DNA of 64,000 nucleotides, from positions 14,920 through 78,919 of the forward strand of contig NW_021835462.1 in assembly GCF_006345805.1 (NCBI RefSeq), read 5' to 3'. The DNA is from Octopus sinensis. Taxonomy: Eukaryota. Positions 1 through 12,672 of the stretch are shown piece after piece. Made by a program: the position numbers and the translations under genes. The notes below the pieces were generated by a model, which saw only the letters and a list, made by a program, of their open reading frames with translations, ran no database searches and was not told the DNA's origin. Positions within the stretch are counted from its first letter, which is position 1; each line of letters opens with the position of its first letter.

Positions 1-46
1 ACATACATATAGGTGCGTTTGTGAGTGTGGATGCATATGTATGCAC

Positions 47-206
47 ACACACACATACATAATACATACATACATACATACATACATAAATACATACATG
101 CATACATACATACATACATACATACACACATACATACACACACACATACATACATACATACATACATACATACATACTTACATACATACATACATACATA
201 CATATA
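47..206. repeat. (TACA)n microsatellite
   Basis: Direct inspection; explains ORFs 25..207 and 41..247. Confidence 0.95.
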
Positions 207-341
207 ACAGAGAAAGAAAGAGTGAGAGAGAAAGAAGGGATAGATAGAACTACAGGCATATCATAGAGTCTTCATTTATTAGAAATATCCCTGCCTCTAC
301 GAAATGTATTACTGTTATCAAATGGCAATGAAGGCCAGCTC

Positions 342-416
342 CACTTAAGAAGGGGAGATAATCTAAAGATTCAAAATTAAGAATCGATACTTGAGATTAT
401 CTCCCCATTTCAAGTG
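342..416. other. ~75-bp imperfect hairpin
   Basis: Perfect 13-bp arms GGGGAGATAATCT (352-364) / AGATTATCTCCCC (394-406), extended by cactt/aagtg. Confidence 0.7.
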
Positions 417-1121
417 CAGCTTGTCTGAATTCCTATTTACTAAACATGTGACGTCCTCTTGATGAGGAAATAAGTTTTAATAAATCAAGATTTTAGGCTG
501 TATGATATTTAATATACCTGGATTTGTCTGTGTTGTTTATGTACGCACCGCTGGACGCTCTGGGTAATTTCTCTGGACTCATTTTTGTTTAAAGTACATA
601 TATGTACGTGTATATATATAGGTGTGTGTGTGTGTGTGTATACATATATACATACAAACATACTTGCATACATACAAATACATAAACACGTATATATTAG
701 TACGTCTGGTGTAGCATGTATAAGTTTATATGTTTGTGTGTGTGTGTGCGCGCGCGCTTCCGTTTATCCGCAAATATGGAGGAATATATAAACATGATTG
801 GTTTCCTTTCTAATTATGTTTATGGTCTTGCGGTCCAATTTATTGCCAGACAAACCCTGAATAACTCGTTTACAGATCGTTGTCAAAAATCCGTCTTAAA
901 ATCACTGACATTTCAATAGACTTATTGAATGCGCTAGAAACGCACAGTGTGACATCTGGAATATATTTCATACATACATACAAACGAACCTACATTCATA
1001 TATACTGGCGTGTTTGTGTATACATCTTTGTTGATGATCTGAAATTGTATGACCCTGTCTTTCTACAGGTATAAAGATTCAAGGGACTAAACAGCAGAGA
1101 AAGAGACACGTGGGATGAAGA

Positions 1122-1167
1122 TTCTCTGACGAGGTCACAGGAGTGTGTGACGAAATATTTCTGAGAA
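1122..1167 (+). ncRNA. degenerate minimal hammerhead ribozyme-like motif
   Basis: ttct-CTGACGA-g-GTCAC-aggagtgt-GTGAC-GAAA-tatttctg-agaa: core, stem II and GAAA present; stem III and cleavage triplet eroded. Confidence 0.35.
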
Positions 1168-1318
1168 AGGATACTGAAATACGAACAATAATAAAGGTGA
1201 AGTGAAGAACAAGTCTATAGTGTGTGTGCTTATTTAGCAACAACAAAAAAGAAAAAACTATCTCCAAATATAACAATATCTCTTTCAACACACAATCTCG
1301 CAAAGAAAATACATAAAC

Positions 1319-1377
<59 letters not shown>

Positions 1378-1482
1378 TTAGAGAGAATATTAATCCTAAC
1401 TTACAGGGAAAAAAATTCAATTTAGAAATACTAAATCAAATTTCACACAATGTAATATATATATATATATATAAATAAGAAA

Positions 1483-1654
1483 AAAAAAACACCTTTTATC
1501 AACTCAAATTATATAAGTTTTTATTATGTTTTTGCAATTTACTTAATCATTGGTATTTTATTGTTATTTTAATTTTAATATTTCTATTTTATGTAATTTT
1601 CTAGGTGGTGTAATTTAATTGTTCATTTTGAATTGATAAAAGGTGGGTTTTTTT
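1483..1654. mobile_element. short AT-rich element with ~27-bp terminal inverted repeats
   Basis: aaaaaaacaccttttatcaactcaaa (1483-1508) versus tttgaattgataaaaggtgggttttttt (1627-1654), between (TA)n tracts. Confidence 0.4.
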
Positions 1655-2699
1655 CTAATTTATATATATATATATACATATGTATACAGATGTGTGTGTA
1701 TGCATGTATAGGCGCACCATTACATCACTAAAGCTTTGGTGCGCGTAGACGTGCACCTCATCAGATTTTCGAGAATATCTGATGACATGAAAGTCTCCTC
1801 TGCCAACGGAACTTTACTTAATGTGAAGCTAAGTCAAACTGTTACTAAATACTTGTAATTTCGACAAAATCTGTTGTTCTTCGTTTCGTCTTATTAACTC
1901 CTTTATATCTATATACATACATACATACATTCATACATACATACATACATACATACATACATACATACATACATACATACATACATACATACATACATAC
2001 ATACATACATACATACACATAAATATATATAATTAAAAGTGTAAGGTATATCTCTTAATAAATATACGAATTTAGAATCGCAGTGGAATGTAAACAAATC
2101 GGTTACTCCAGAGGTTTTGTAATCTGTCGGTAGAGAGATGTTCGCTCTATGTATAGAGAACGGTATTTTTATTGAAAGTCAAATCCTACATTTCCAATTA
2201 GCTCCGCCAATATCCTGGTGTGCGGAGTGCACTCTCAATACATTGACGTTGTCGGTACATGCACTTTTATATTTAAACTAGATCAGTTTAACTGACTTCT
2301 ACATTGTACAAACTTGGAACAGCTACCGTAAGCTATCCATCTTTTCGTACACAGAAGTTAGTTAATCTTTCTCTGATGAAAGTCTAAGAAAACTCGAAAC
2401 GGTTCCGAGCCGTCCGATAACATCTGTGATTTGACTGAATTACTTGTTACAGGGGAAATTCCATGTTTAATGCAATGGTATTGCTTACTTTTGACAGTTC
2501 CTTTCCTGTTGAAAAATCCCCTCTATACGAGTACTGCGTTTTGAATTATAATAAGTGTGTGCGAGTATGCACGTGTATACGTATATGTGTGTATACATCT
2601 TTGTATATATTCTCATGTGTGTTTCTCTCTGTATATTTATAAATATACTCACAAGTATATTTATAAATATACTTGTTCCAAACACCAGCTTAAATATTC

Positions 2700-2897
2700 T
2701 TATATTCGCAGTCATCTGACTGCGGCCATGCTGGAGCACCGCCTTTTAGTCGAACAATTCAACCCCAGGACTTATTCTTTGTAAGCCTTGTACTTTTTCT
2801 AACGATCTATTTTGCCGAACCGCTAGGTAACAAGGACGTAAACACAGCAACATCGGCTGTCAAGCTATTGTGGGGGGACAAACACAGACGCACAAAT

Positions 2898-2939
<42 letters not shown>

Positions 2940-3097
2940 GACGGGCTTCTTTCAGTTTCCGTCTACCAAATCCACTCACAAGGCTTTCGTCGACGCTATA
3001 GTAGAAGACACTTGTCCAAGGTGCCACGCAGTGGGACTGAACCCGGAACTATGTGGATGGTAAGCAAGCTACTTTCCACACAGCCACTCCTGCGCCT
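2700..3097 (-). mobile_element. tRNA-derived SINE family A (head, internal microsatellite, 3' half)
   Basis: Matches copies at 4.5, 9.7, 16.1, 58.2 and 62.5 kb; reverse-complement head ggcgcaggagtggctgtgtgg...ggttcagtccc with pol III A/B-box-like motifs. Confidence 0.85.
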
Positions 3098-3703
3098 GCT
3101 TACCACACAGCCACTTTAGAGCCACTTTACGAAATTCTTGAAAATTTTCAAAATAAATTGAAATAAAGGTAATAAATTCCAATCGAATTATTGACGCAAA
3201 AGGATTAAAAGTGAATCAAATTTGATAGATTTGGATAAATTCATATTTTGCAATGAGAAAAGGAATCTGAAACTCCCGAACTACCCTTTCATCTGACAAG
3301 GAACGAAAGGTTATTCCCGAAAAGAGAGGTCCCTCCTCTCACTAAAGCATATTATTTTGTTGAAACTCAATTTTCACTGCTCAAGTTTTACCGACGCACC
3401 CGGCCACTTTCACCATGGGTACTGTATGTAACCTATTTCTGAACGGTTGTCATCCGAACATCAAATTGTTAATTGCACCCGGTCATGTGATGAGGCATTC
3501 ATAGTTTATTGCGTTATGCGTCAGTCAGTCTCAATAACACGGTTATCGAAAGTTATATGAACTCTGATAAAATATTAAAGAAATTCGAACCTGCAATAAC
3601 TCCGACCACATGCAGTGTAGGCCGGCAACTTCAGTAAAAACCTCCTCCTCCGCCGTATCTCACAGCACGACACTATATACATATAAATTTCGGCTCTCCC
3701 TTC

Positions 3704-3806
<103 letters not shown>

Positions 3807-4088
3807 TGCACACGAATGCAGTAATTGATGTGGTTACAGAATTTTCTTAACAACCTTGAGGTGCATGTTCGGTCCTACTGCTTGGCAGCATTATCAAGTA
3901 CCCTCTATAATTTAGCCAATATTTTCGAAAGGGAATTTCATGTTTATTAAGTGTGACGCAGCCTTAATCGTTAGACAACCGCTAAACAAGCGCAAGTTTC
4001 TTTGAGGGGCGGGTGATTTATCTGACGAGGAAGAGCTCTGTACACAGCAGACCTAATGTCTTGGTCTTTCGTATGGACAGCAGCAAGA

Positions 4089-4424
4089 GTGGAGGCGCAA
4101 TGGCCCAGTGGTTAAGGCAGCGGACTCGCGGTCGGAGAATCGTGGTTTCGATTCCCAGACTGGGCGTTGTGTGTGTTTACTGAGCGAAAACACCTAAAAA
4201 GCTCCACGACGCTCCGGGAGGAGGTGGGTGGCAACCCCTGTTGTACTTTCACTCCAACTTTCTCTCACTCTTTCTTCCTGTTTCTTGTCCCCAACTTCCT
4301 ACGCAACCGCTGAGCCTGGATGTGCATTCATCCATCCGTCGAGCTCTCGGTGTCGGGGGTTGACCTGCTTTCTCTTTTGCGGGTCTTTAGAATAGCAAAG
4401 GACCACGTTTCGCTCAACAAACAA
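4089..4424 (+). mobile_element. tRNA(Arg)-like-head SINE with 12-bp TSD
   Basis: Head ggcgcaatggcccagtggttaaggcagcggactcgcggtcggagaatcgtggtttcgattccc; (AAAC)n tail; TSD ACAGCAGCAAGA at 4077-4088 and 4425-4436. Confidence 0.9.
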
Positions 4425-4510
4425 ACAGCAGCAAGACACCTGCATGACGCGTGTGTGTGCATGAGCCTGTATGTGATGTGTGTGTGTGTGTGTGTACGTC
4501 TATATAGGTA

Positions 4511-4714
4511 TCTCTTTTACTCTTTTACTTGTTTCAGTAATTTGACTGTGGCCATGCTGGAGCACCACCTTTAGTCAAGCAAATCGACCCCAGAACTTTT
4601 TCTTTGTAAGCCTAGTATTTATTCTATCGGTCTCTTTTGCCGAACCGCTAAGTTACAAGGACGTAAACACACCAGCATCTGTTGTCAAGCGATGTTGGTG
4701 GCGGGGACAACACT

Positions 4715-4776
<62 letters not shown>

Positions 4777-4940
4777 CGACGAGCTTCTTTCGGTTTCCGT
4801 CTACCAAATCCATTCACAAGGCTTTGGTCGGCCCGAGGTTATAGTAGAAGACACCTGCCCAAGGTGCCGCGCATTGGGAATGAACCCGGAACCATGTGGT
4901 TGGTAAGCAAGCTTCTTGCCCCACAGCCACTCCTACGCCC
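4511..4940 (-). mobile_element. SINE family A copy
   Basis: Near full-length match to 16133-16551 in reverse orientation, with internal (CA)n(TA)n. Confidence 0.88.
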
Positions 4941-6433
4941 GTATATTATACGTGTTTCTGCTTTATGCACTTACGAGGAACCACAACTGTGTCTGTGTAT
5001 GTGTGTGTGTGTATGTGTGTATGTAAATGTGTTTATATGTGTTAGTGTGTGTTTCTATCCGTCATTGTGCGTATGTATATGTGATTGTAAGCGTATGCAC
5101 GTCTATATGTATTCATTTATGTGCATTAATTTACATGTTTCAGGGCGTTGCTTTTACTGTCTTATTTTGTTTTTACTGTCCTGTTCTTGTCACCATTTTT
5201 ACCCCTCCGCAAAAAATCCCAAATTTTATTTAATTTCCTTTGCGGGAAGGAATGTTTCAACGAAGTCGTGTCTTGCCATTACCTTCGAAACACGGAGTAG
5301 TCGAAGCAGGGGCAGCTGAAGAAGGGGAATGTACCTTGTGTTGTATGTCTTGTACTCTGTTTTTTTCGTTGTTTGAAAAAGTCCGTTTCTATGTGTTTGT
5401 TTTTATGTTTTCGTTTCTCGTTGTGTTCTACATTTTTTGGTGCCCTGTACCTATATATGCATGTATATATACATATATATGTAAGTATGTACATATATGT
5501 ATGTATGCATATGTTTTATTTATTAATTTGTTATTATGTGTATATGTGTTTGTATGTATGCATACACATTAACGCGTGTATATGTATATATCTTTTGGTT
5601 TGCCTGGCTGTGTTGATGATTTGGAATGCGTATATATGTGTTTCTAACCATTATTATATGCGCGAGAATGTGTATGTGTGTGTGTGAGTGTGTGTGTGTG
5701 AGAGAGAGAGAGAGAGTTACAGAGAGAGAGAGAGAATATGTATGTGTGTATGTGTGGGTAACGAAGAGGTTCTCGGAAATCGTGCTTAACTTAATTATCT
5801 TGACTGGAAGTGGTGAATTCCCTCGCTGAATTTATTGGTGAATCTCTGACGTTAGCAGAACAATAAAAATAGAAATGTGTGCATTAATTATTATAAATAT
5901 AGATATTTATAAATGATGTCAACCATTGTGGCTTGGACAAGAGTCATACGTCACACTGACATCACCTAATATGGACATAATGACTGCTCCTTCTCTCTCT
6001 CTCTCTCTCTCTCTCAGTTGTTCGTCCTCTAAACACACACACAATCACACACACATACGTACATACATACATACATACATACATACATACATACATACAT
6101 ACCACACACATACATACATACATATATACATACATACATACATACATTACATACATACATACATACACATACATACATACATACATACATACATACATAC
6201 ATACATACGTAGGCGCAGGAGTGGCTGCGTGGTAAGAAGTTTGCTTCCCAACCACACGGTTCCGATTTCAGTCCCACTTTTTTTATGTACATTCCTTTAT
6301 GTACACTGATTTGTTCTGCTTTTTATATTTAACCCTACAGTCTCTTATGTGGTGGTTTAATAAAGTATGTGATTGAGTATTATCTGGTAATTGATATTTG
6401 ATTTAGATGTATTTCTCCATTTTCTTATCTTGT

Positions 6434-6469
<36 letters not shown>

Positions 6470-7051
6470 GAATGTACACAAAAAACACACACACACACGC
6501 ACATATATATATATACTATATATATAGATAGATAGATAGATATAGATATAGATATAGATATATATATACATGTATGTATATGTGTGTGTATGTACGTGTG
6601 CGTGTGTGTGTTATTTTATATACATATATACACACACACACATGCCCATACACATATAACTCTTCCAATATTACAGAGGAAGCTCAGATCTTTCTTCAAA
6701 TCTTGCTGAGCAAGATGCAAAGCAGATCGGACATCCCCCTCCTCCCACCCCCACCCCCACCACCATCACATCAATGACGATAGAACTGAGTTCATGGAAA
6801 TAAACGAAGACATTGAATCATGAAAGTCGGTGAAGTCGAAATGTGTAAATGTCTTTAAATATCAGGAACCGAAGAGAGAAAGATCAAAGAGAGGCGGTGA
6901 AGTAAGAATTGGTTTGGTCACCAATGAACAAGATGTCTGCAATATGCCGAATATATTTCTTTAAAGATTTCAGAATACATTTTTTTTTTGATCGGTAGTT
7001 GGTGTATGGATTTGGATTTGGGGTCATTACGACGTAATAGAAATCAATGTA

Positions 7052-7250
7052 GACGCGTCCCTTAATGGTTAGGATGTTGTCCTCGTGACTGCAAGATTGT
7101 AGTTTCGATTCTAATGCGTTGTGTTCTTGAGCAAAACACTTCATTTCACATTGCTCCAGTCCACTCAGCTAGCAAAAATGAGTAATGCTGCGACGGACCC
7201 GCATCCCGTGCAGGGAGAGGAGGATAAATACTTTACAAAATCGGAGAAAC
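7052..7250 (+). mobile_element. degenerate tRNA-derived SINE (second head type)
   Basis: B-box-like gtttcgattc followed by gcgttgtgttcttgagcaaaacacttcatttcacattgctccagtccactcagc, shared with 39935-40255 and 47445-47758. Confidence 0.7.
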
Positions 7251-7479
7251 TGTCCTTATGAACATATGGCTCTAGAAGGACCATTGAACTTTTCCTTGAA
7301 TAGAAATCAATAAGAATGCCAGATAGACTTCTATGTTAAAGAGGACGTTTCTCAGGAGAATCCGTTTCAAAGCGTTTTCTTTTATTCAATTTCTCTTAAT
7401 TGTAATCAGTCGAATAAACTGGTTTCTTTTGAGGAAAGATTAAGTAGTTATGTGGATGTAAAAAAACCAATACAGCTTT

Positions 7480-7712
7480 CCAAACAGCGTGGAGGGTGGA
7501 CAAACGAAGACACAAACATACAGACACGCATAGACATATGCAAACACAACTACGACGGGCTTCTTTCAGTTTCCATCTACCAAATCCACGCACAATAGTT
7601 TCGTCGATCCGGAGTTGTAGCAAAAGACGCTTGTCCAAGGTGCTATGCTGTGGAACTGAACTCGAGACCAAATGGTTGGGAAGCATACCACTTGACCATA
7701 CAACAGTGCCCG
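7480..7712 (-). mobile_element. SINE family A, 5' half
   Basis: acgacgggcttctttcagtttccatctaccaaatccac...accaaatggttgggaagc homology. Confidence 0.75.
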
Positions 7713-8029
7713 CACTTGTGTATTACATGGAAATATACTATTATTAACAGAAACTATAAAATAATGAAATCGAAAATAGAAAGCAGACGAAATGGAACAT
7801 AACAAGATGGTAAGGGGAGTAAAGACTGTTCTTTATGAGCAGCGCATGCTGCACATTTTGTTATATTGAAAAATAATATTATTAACAGAAACCATCAGAA
7901 AAAAAGAAGATTTTGTTACGTTTGCGGAGCCTTGCTGGTGTTGGAAAATTGAAGCAGTGCGTCGTATATTACAATGGAATTTTAGAAATGGCAACAAAAA
8001 GGACAGGACACGATGAGTGTAGGAATTTC

Positions 8030-8245
8030 TGGAGAAGACAAACTGCAAAGAATATTGTCGACAAAACTTGGAGAAGGCGATGTTGATGTTCCTTTCTTTG
8101 TGGTTCTTAATCCAGTCGTCTACAATGATCTTGTGAATGCTGTTATCTCTGTAAATCAGCTGCAATATTCTATGGATGTCAGAAAACCCGTACCCCGCCT
8201 TCGCCAAGAACTCGGTGATGGCATGTTGCTTCTGGTTGGAAACTA
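8030..8245 (-). pseudogene. mariner/Tc1 transposase N-terminal HTH remnant
   Basis: Minus-strand translation KQHAITEFLAKAGYGFSDIHRILQLIYRDNSIHKIIVDDWIKNHKE resembles the mariner QR.VIEFL..EG....IHRRL..VYG......V..W..F pattern. Confidence 0.6.
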
Positions 8246-8360
8246 TTGGTTGCCTTCATTGATGAAGAGCAGAAACAAAAGTATTATAGAGGAAGAGTTC
8301 ACACCAATAAAAGTGGTGTGAACTATGTATGTCAGTTCATAGAACAGCTATGCCTATTTA

Positions 8361-8502
8361 TCACGGCCGTTTCAAGCGGCTCCTTTTAATCGATCAATCA
8401 AGCATTACTTGAATTTGAAATACACCGAAGACAGCGGTGTGTTTCAAATCGATGTAATACTTGCATTGATCGATTAAATGAAGCCGCTTGAAACAGCCGT
8501 GA
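8361..8502. mobile_element. foldback/MITE-like palindromic element (142-bp hairpin)
   Basis: tcacggccgtttcaagcggc...tacaccg, loop aagacag, cggtgtg...gccgcttgaaacagccgtga; related copy at 49.4-49.6 kb. Confidence 0.7.
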
Positions 8503-8618
8503 TGCACTAATACCTGGACATCCTTGTTACTTATTTGCTTTTCATTCACTTAACTTCGAGCTGTGCGGTCAATACCGGACTAACATGTTGCCTCAACTTA
8601 AATACCTAATTAAATGAA

Positions 8619-8674
<56 letters not shown>

Positions 8675-9194
8675 TAGTGGTTGTTCCATACAGAACCCTG
8701 TTACTACTCTTTTTAACCCCAGGAAGACACCTCCAACTGATGTGTGCTAAACGACATAATATTTGTGTCCGTTATATTGCAAACATGGGAGCGAACAACT
8801 CCTATACAGCGGTGACAGGACCAGTAGATCAGCTGGTTTCAGGGTCCTACCCTTCCTCATTGCTGGTACACCTGTCCGCTAGACATGCCAGTCGTTCGTC
8901 CCAATTCGCAATATAAAAGCTGCAGTCAGCCGCTGATCTTGCAACAGCCATGTTACGAAGCTAGTTCTAAAATCTCTATAACATATGCAAGAAGTAACTC
9001 TACATATGTGCATGTGTGTGTGTGTGTGGTCGAAACTTCGAAATCACTATTTTTGTTTCAGAATAATATATTTGTAGCTCTACAAAAGTAGGGAGTCACC
9101 TTTTCAGATTAAAGAACGTTGCTTCTATTACAACTGAACATAAAAACAAACATTTATGTGTGTGTGTGTGTATGTGTATAAGTTCAGCAAAATT

Positions 9195-9465
9195 TAGATT
9201 CAGATGAATATGGTACTTAAGTTAAAGGCTCCAGAATTTGGTATGGTATTATCCATATAAATCAAATGGGGTGATTATAATCAAAATAAGTAACAAGGAT
9301 ATCCAAGGTAGTGTAGTATAATCGTTTCATGCTACTTCATTTTATTAAACACTGTAAGTATTACATCAGTTTGAAAATGTCGAGCAATCTTCAGCCACAT
9401 ATAGAATTTTTTCAATTAAACGGACGATGCACATTCTTATACTTATTTCATTTGCCAACATTACA
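9195..9465. mobile_element. repeat module related to the foldback family terminus
   Basis: 9195-9310 is an inverted match to 8510-8620; 9280-9462 matches 49738-49917. Confidence 0.65.
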
Positions 9466-9568
9466 AAGAGGGTCGATATATAGACAGAGAGGTTAATTTC
9501 ATCATTAAGAACATGGTGGTAGTGTGTCCTTCTCCATCTGTAGATTTTTTATCACTGAGTTCACTATG

Positions 9569-9646
<78 letters not shown>

Positions 9647-9741
9647 TAAGAGAGAGAGAGAGAGAAAGAGAGAGAGGAGAGAGATTTATACACATGCGAG
9701 TATATACTATGTATTGCGAGAGGAGGCAGCTGTACTCTTTT

Positions 9742-10135
9742 ACTATTTTACTCTTTAACTTGTTTCAGTCATTTGACTGCAGCCATGCTGGAGCACCACC
9801 TTTAGTCGAGCAAATCAACCCCAAGACTTATTCTTTGGAAGCCTAGTACTTATTCTATCGGATCTCTTATGCCGAACCGCTAAGTTACAGGGGACGTAAA
9901 CACACCAGCATCGGTTGTCAAGCGATGTTAGGGGGGGAACACAGACACACAAACACACACATACATATATATACGACGGGCTTCTTTTCAGTTTCCGTCA
10001 ACCAAATCCACTGACAAGGCTTTGGTCGGCCCGAGGCTATAGTACAAGGTACTTGCCCAAGGTGCCACGCAGTGGGACTGAACCCGGAACCATGTGGTTG
10101 GTAAGCAAGTTACCACAGAGCCACTCCTGCGCTTA
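9742..10135 (-). mobile_element. SINE family A copy
   Basis: Near full-length homology to 16133-16551. Confidence 0.88.
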
Positions 10136-10328
10136 TGGTGTATATATATTTATACATATATCAATAAATATATATACAGCTGTATATATATTTATACATA
10201 TATGTATACATGTATGTAAATATATGTATGTGTGTACATATATATATGTGTGTGTGTGTATGTGTGTGTATGTGTATGTATGTATATATATATATTTATA
10301 TATATATATGTGTGTGCATGAGTGTGTG

Positions 10329-10364
<36 letters not shown>

Positions 10365-10404
10365 AATATTTATACTTATATGTAAATATATGTATGTGTA
10401 TGTG

Positions 10405-10435
<31 letters not shown>

Positions 10436-10446
10436 ATGTGTATGTA

Positions 10447-10484
<38 letters not shown>

Positions 10485-11691
10485 TGTGTGTGTGTGTGTG
10501 TGTGGTGTGTGTGTGTGTGTGTGTCTGTGTCTGTGTGTGTGGTGTATTCATTTTCAGTGGTATTAAGACTGATTCATCCACTGTCAACGGTCACTCATAA
10601 AAGAAGCGCCATCTTGTCGGCCCATTTTGCCGCTCAACTACACAGCAATGCCACGATTTTTTTCGTTTTGTCTCCACGCAACACTTATTCTCTGGGCCTC
10701 CATTCTCTCTCTCTCTCACTCTCGCTCTCTCTCTCTATTCTATGTCCGTACAAGTGACCTTATCCTTTTACATTCTGCATTCTGCAACACTTCATTTCGT
10801 TCAGGCGCTTTAACAAAATACAAAAAAAGCAAAAAATTATTATTATTCAACACCACTTAATTGTGACGTTGTTGTTGTTGTTGCTGTCGTAGACATCGTT
10901 CTTATTATTCATCTTAAAACTTCGTCTGGTCTTCTTCCTTCCCCGAAAACTAAAAGCCATACCCGTGTTGTTGTTGTTGTTGTTATACTTGTTTAGTTCG
11001 TCTTATCAATTACAAATACAGCAAAATGTGTGCTTGCTGTTGTTGTTGTTGTTGCTATTGCTGTTATCATTGTACATAGGTCAACACTTTACACTCTTTC
11101 ACGTTTCTCTTCTCCTTCATCTCTCCCCCTCCTCCCCCCTCTCCTCCTTCTACCACTCCTCCACCTCCTTCTCATTCTTCGACATCGTCGCCATTGTGCT
11201 CGCTTTCTTGTTGTACTTATCTCATTCTTCGCTTCTCCTTTTTCTTCTTGATTTTGTTCCACATTTTTTTGTCGTCCCAATGCCCTCCACCACCACCACA
11301 TCCACCACCACCACCACCACCACCACTACTACTACCACTATGCATATTGTGTTTGTTCATTCTACAGGTGATTTTATGGCTATCCATACATAACAGAGCT
11401 TAACCCAGCGTGTCAGCCAGTGTCAATACTAAGTGACTGTACATTTAATATTTGCTTTTATTCAAACTCCACAAGTAATATGCAAACTCACACTCACACA
11501 CATTTAGGTATATATACGTACACACATACAAACATACACACACATTCATAAATACACATACATACATATACATATATATATGAATATGAAATATAAAATT
11601 ATAAAGAAAGCTGTTTAACAATTTTATATATATATTGATACATACATACAAAGAAATATATACAGACACAAACACGCACACACACACAGAT

Positions 11692-11725
<34 letters not shown>

Positions 11726-12076
11726 TCGATTCGATTCGTTCCGTTTCGTTTCTTCTCCCAGTATATATATATACAATGTACGTATGTATATGTATGTATT
11801 TTATATGTATTTATACATACATATATAATATATGTATATATATATATATAATAGAAATATTAAAATACTAAGTCTCTCTAAAAGAGAACAACGGCAGCGT
11901 TCCCGGAAAATATTAGTTTATCCATACTAATATGACATTCTTATAAAAATAAGAAAAAAGCTGACCGCTATTTATTAGCTCCATGAGGCCATCGCCTAAG
12001 TTAGCTATTTGATACACATCTGTATCCATATAACCTTGAACAAGGAGGTCAGTCGCTCCACACTACTTGGCCGGCA

Positions 12077-12115
12077 GCTACAGAGCGTTCGGGGTATGCC
12101 CCTTTTCAATGCAGC
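12077..12115 (-). ncRNA. minimal type I hammerhead ribozyme motif, copy 1 (small deletions)
   Basis: Same motif as 12432-12473, with 1-nt deletions in GAAA, stem III and the stem II loop. Confidence 0.5.
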
Positions 12116-12431
12116 GTAGCCAAACCAGTAGGTGTCGCTTCCGACAATCTCTGTTCAAAGGTTTTATTTACCTAGCTTCGGTGGAATACATCCACTTGTT
12201 TTCAATAATAGAAATATTAAAATTATAAGTCTCTCTAAAAGAGAACAACGGCAGCGTTCCCGGAAAATATTAGTTATCGCCATACTAATATGACATTCTT
12301 ATAAAATAAGAAAAAAGCTGACCGCTTATTAGCTCCATGAGGCCATCGCCTTAAGTTAGCTATTTGATACACATCTGTATCCATAAACTTTGAACAAGGG
12401 AGGTCAGTCGCTCCACACTACTTGGCCGGCA

Positions 12432-12473
12432 GCTACAGACGCGTTTCGGGGTATTGCCCCTTTTCAATGCAGC
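12432..12473 (-). ncRNA. minimal type I hammerhead ribozyme motif, U3-A8 variant
   Basis: Reverse complement GCTGCA-TTGAAAA-GGGG caata CCCC-GAAA-CGCG-TC-TGTAGC: 6-bp stem I, 4-bp stem II, palindromic ACGCGT stem III, GUC triplet. Confidence 0.75.
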
Positions 12474-12627
12474 GTAGCCAAACCAGTAGGTGTCGCTTCG
12501 ACAATCTCTGTTCAAGGTTTTATTTTAATATTTCTATTATTGAAAACAAGTGGATGTTTCCACCGAAGCTAGGTAAAATAACCTTTGAACAGAGATTGTC
12601 GGAAGCGACACCTACTGGCTTGGCTAC

Positions 12628-12672
12628 GCTGCATTGAAAAGAAAAGGGCAATACCCCGAACGCGTCTGTAGC
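12628..12672 (+). ncRNA. hammerhead ribozyme motif, inverted copy 3
   Basis: gctgcattgaaaagaaaagggcaataccccgaacgcgtctgtagc; extra gaaaa, and GAA instead of GAAA. Confidence 0.5.

Noticed and set aside
880-1074. YIFVDDLKLY as an RT motif
   Set aside because: Isolated short match next to microsatellite-like sequence; no flanking RT motifs.
4020-4075. CTGACGA followed by a stem as a hammerhead
   Set aside because: No GAAA or cleavage triplet after the stem.
4091-4165. tRNA-Arg gene
   Set aside because: The cloverleaf is imperfect, it continues into a SINE body, and the whole unit is bounded by a TSD.
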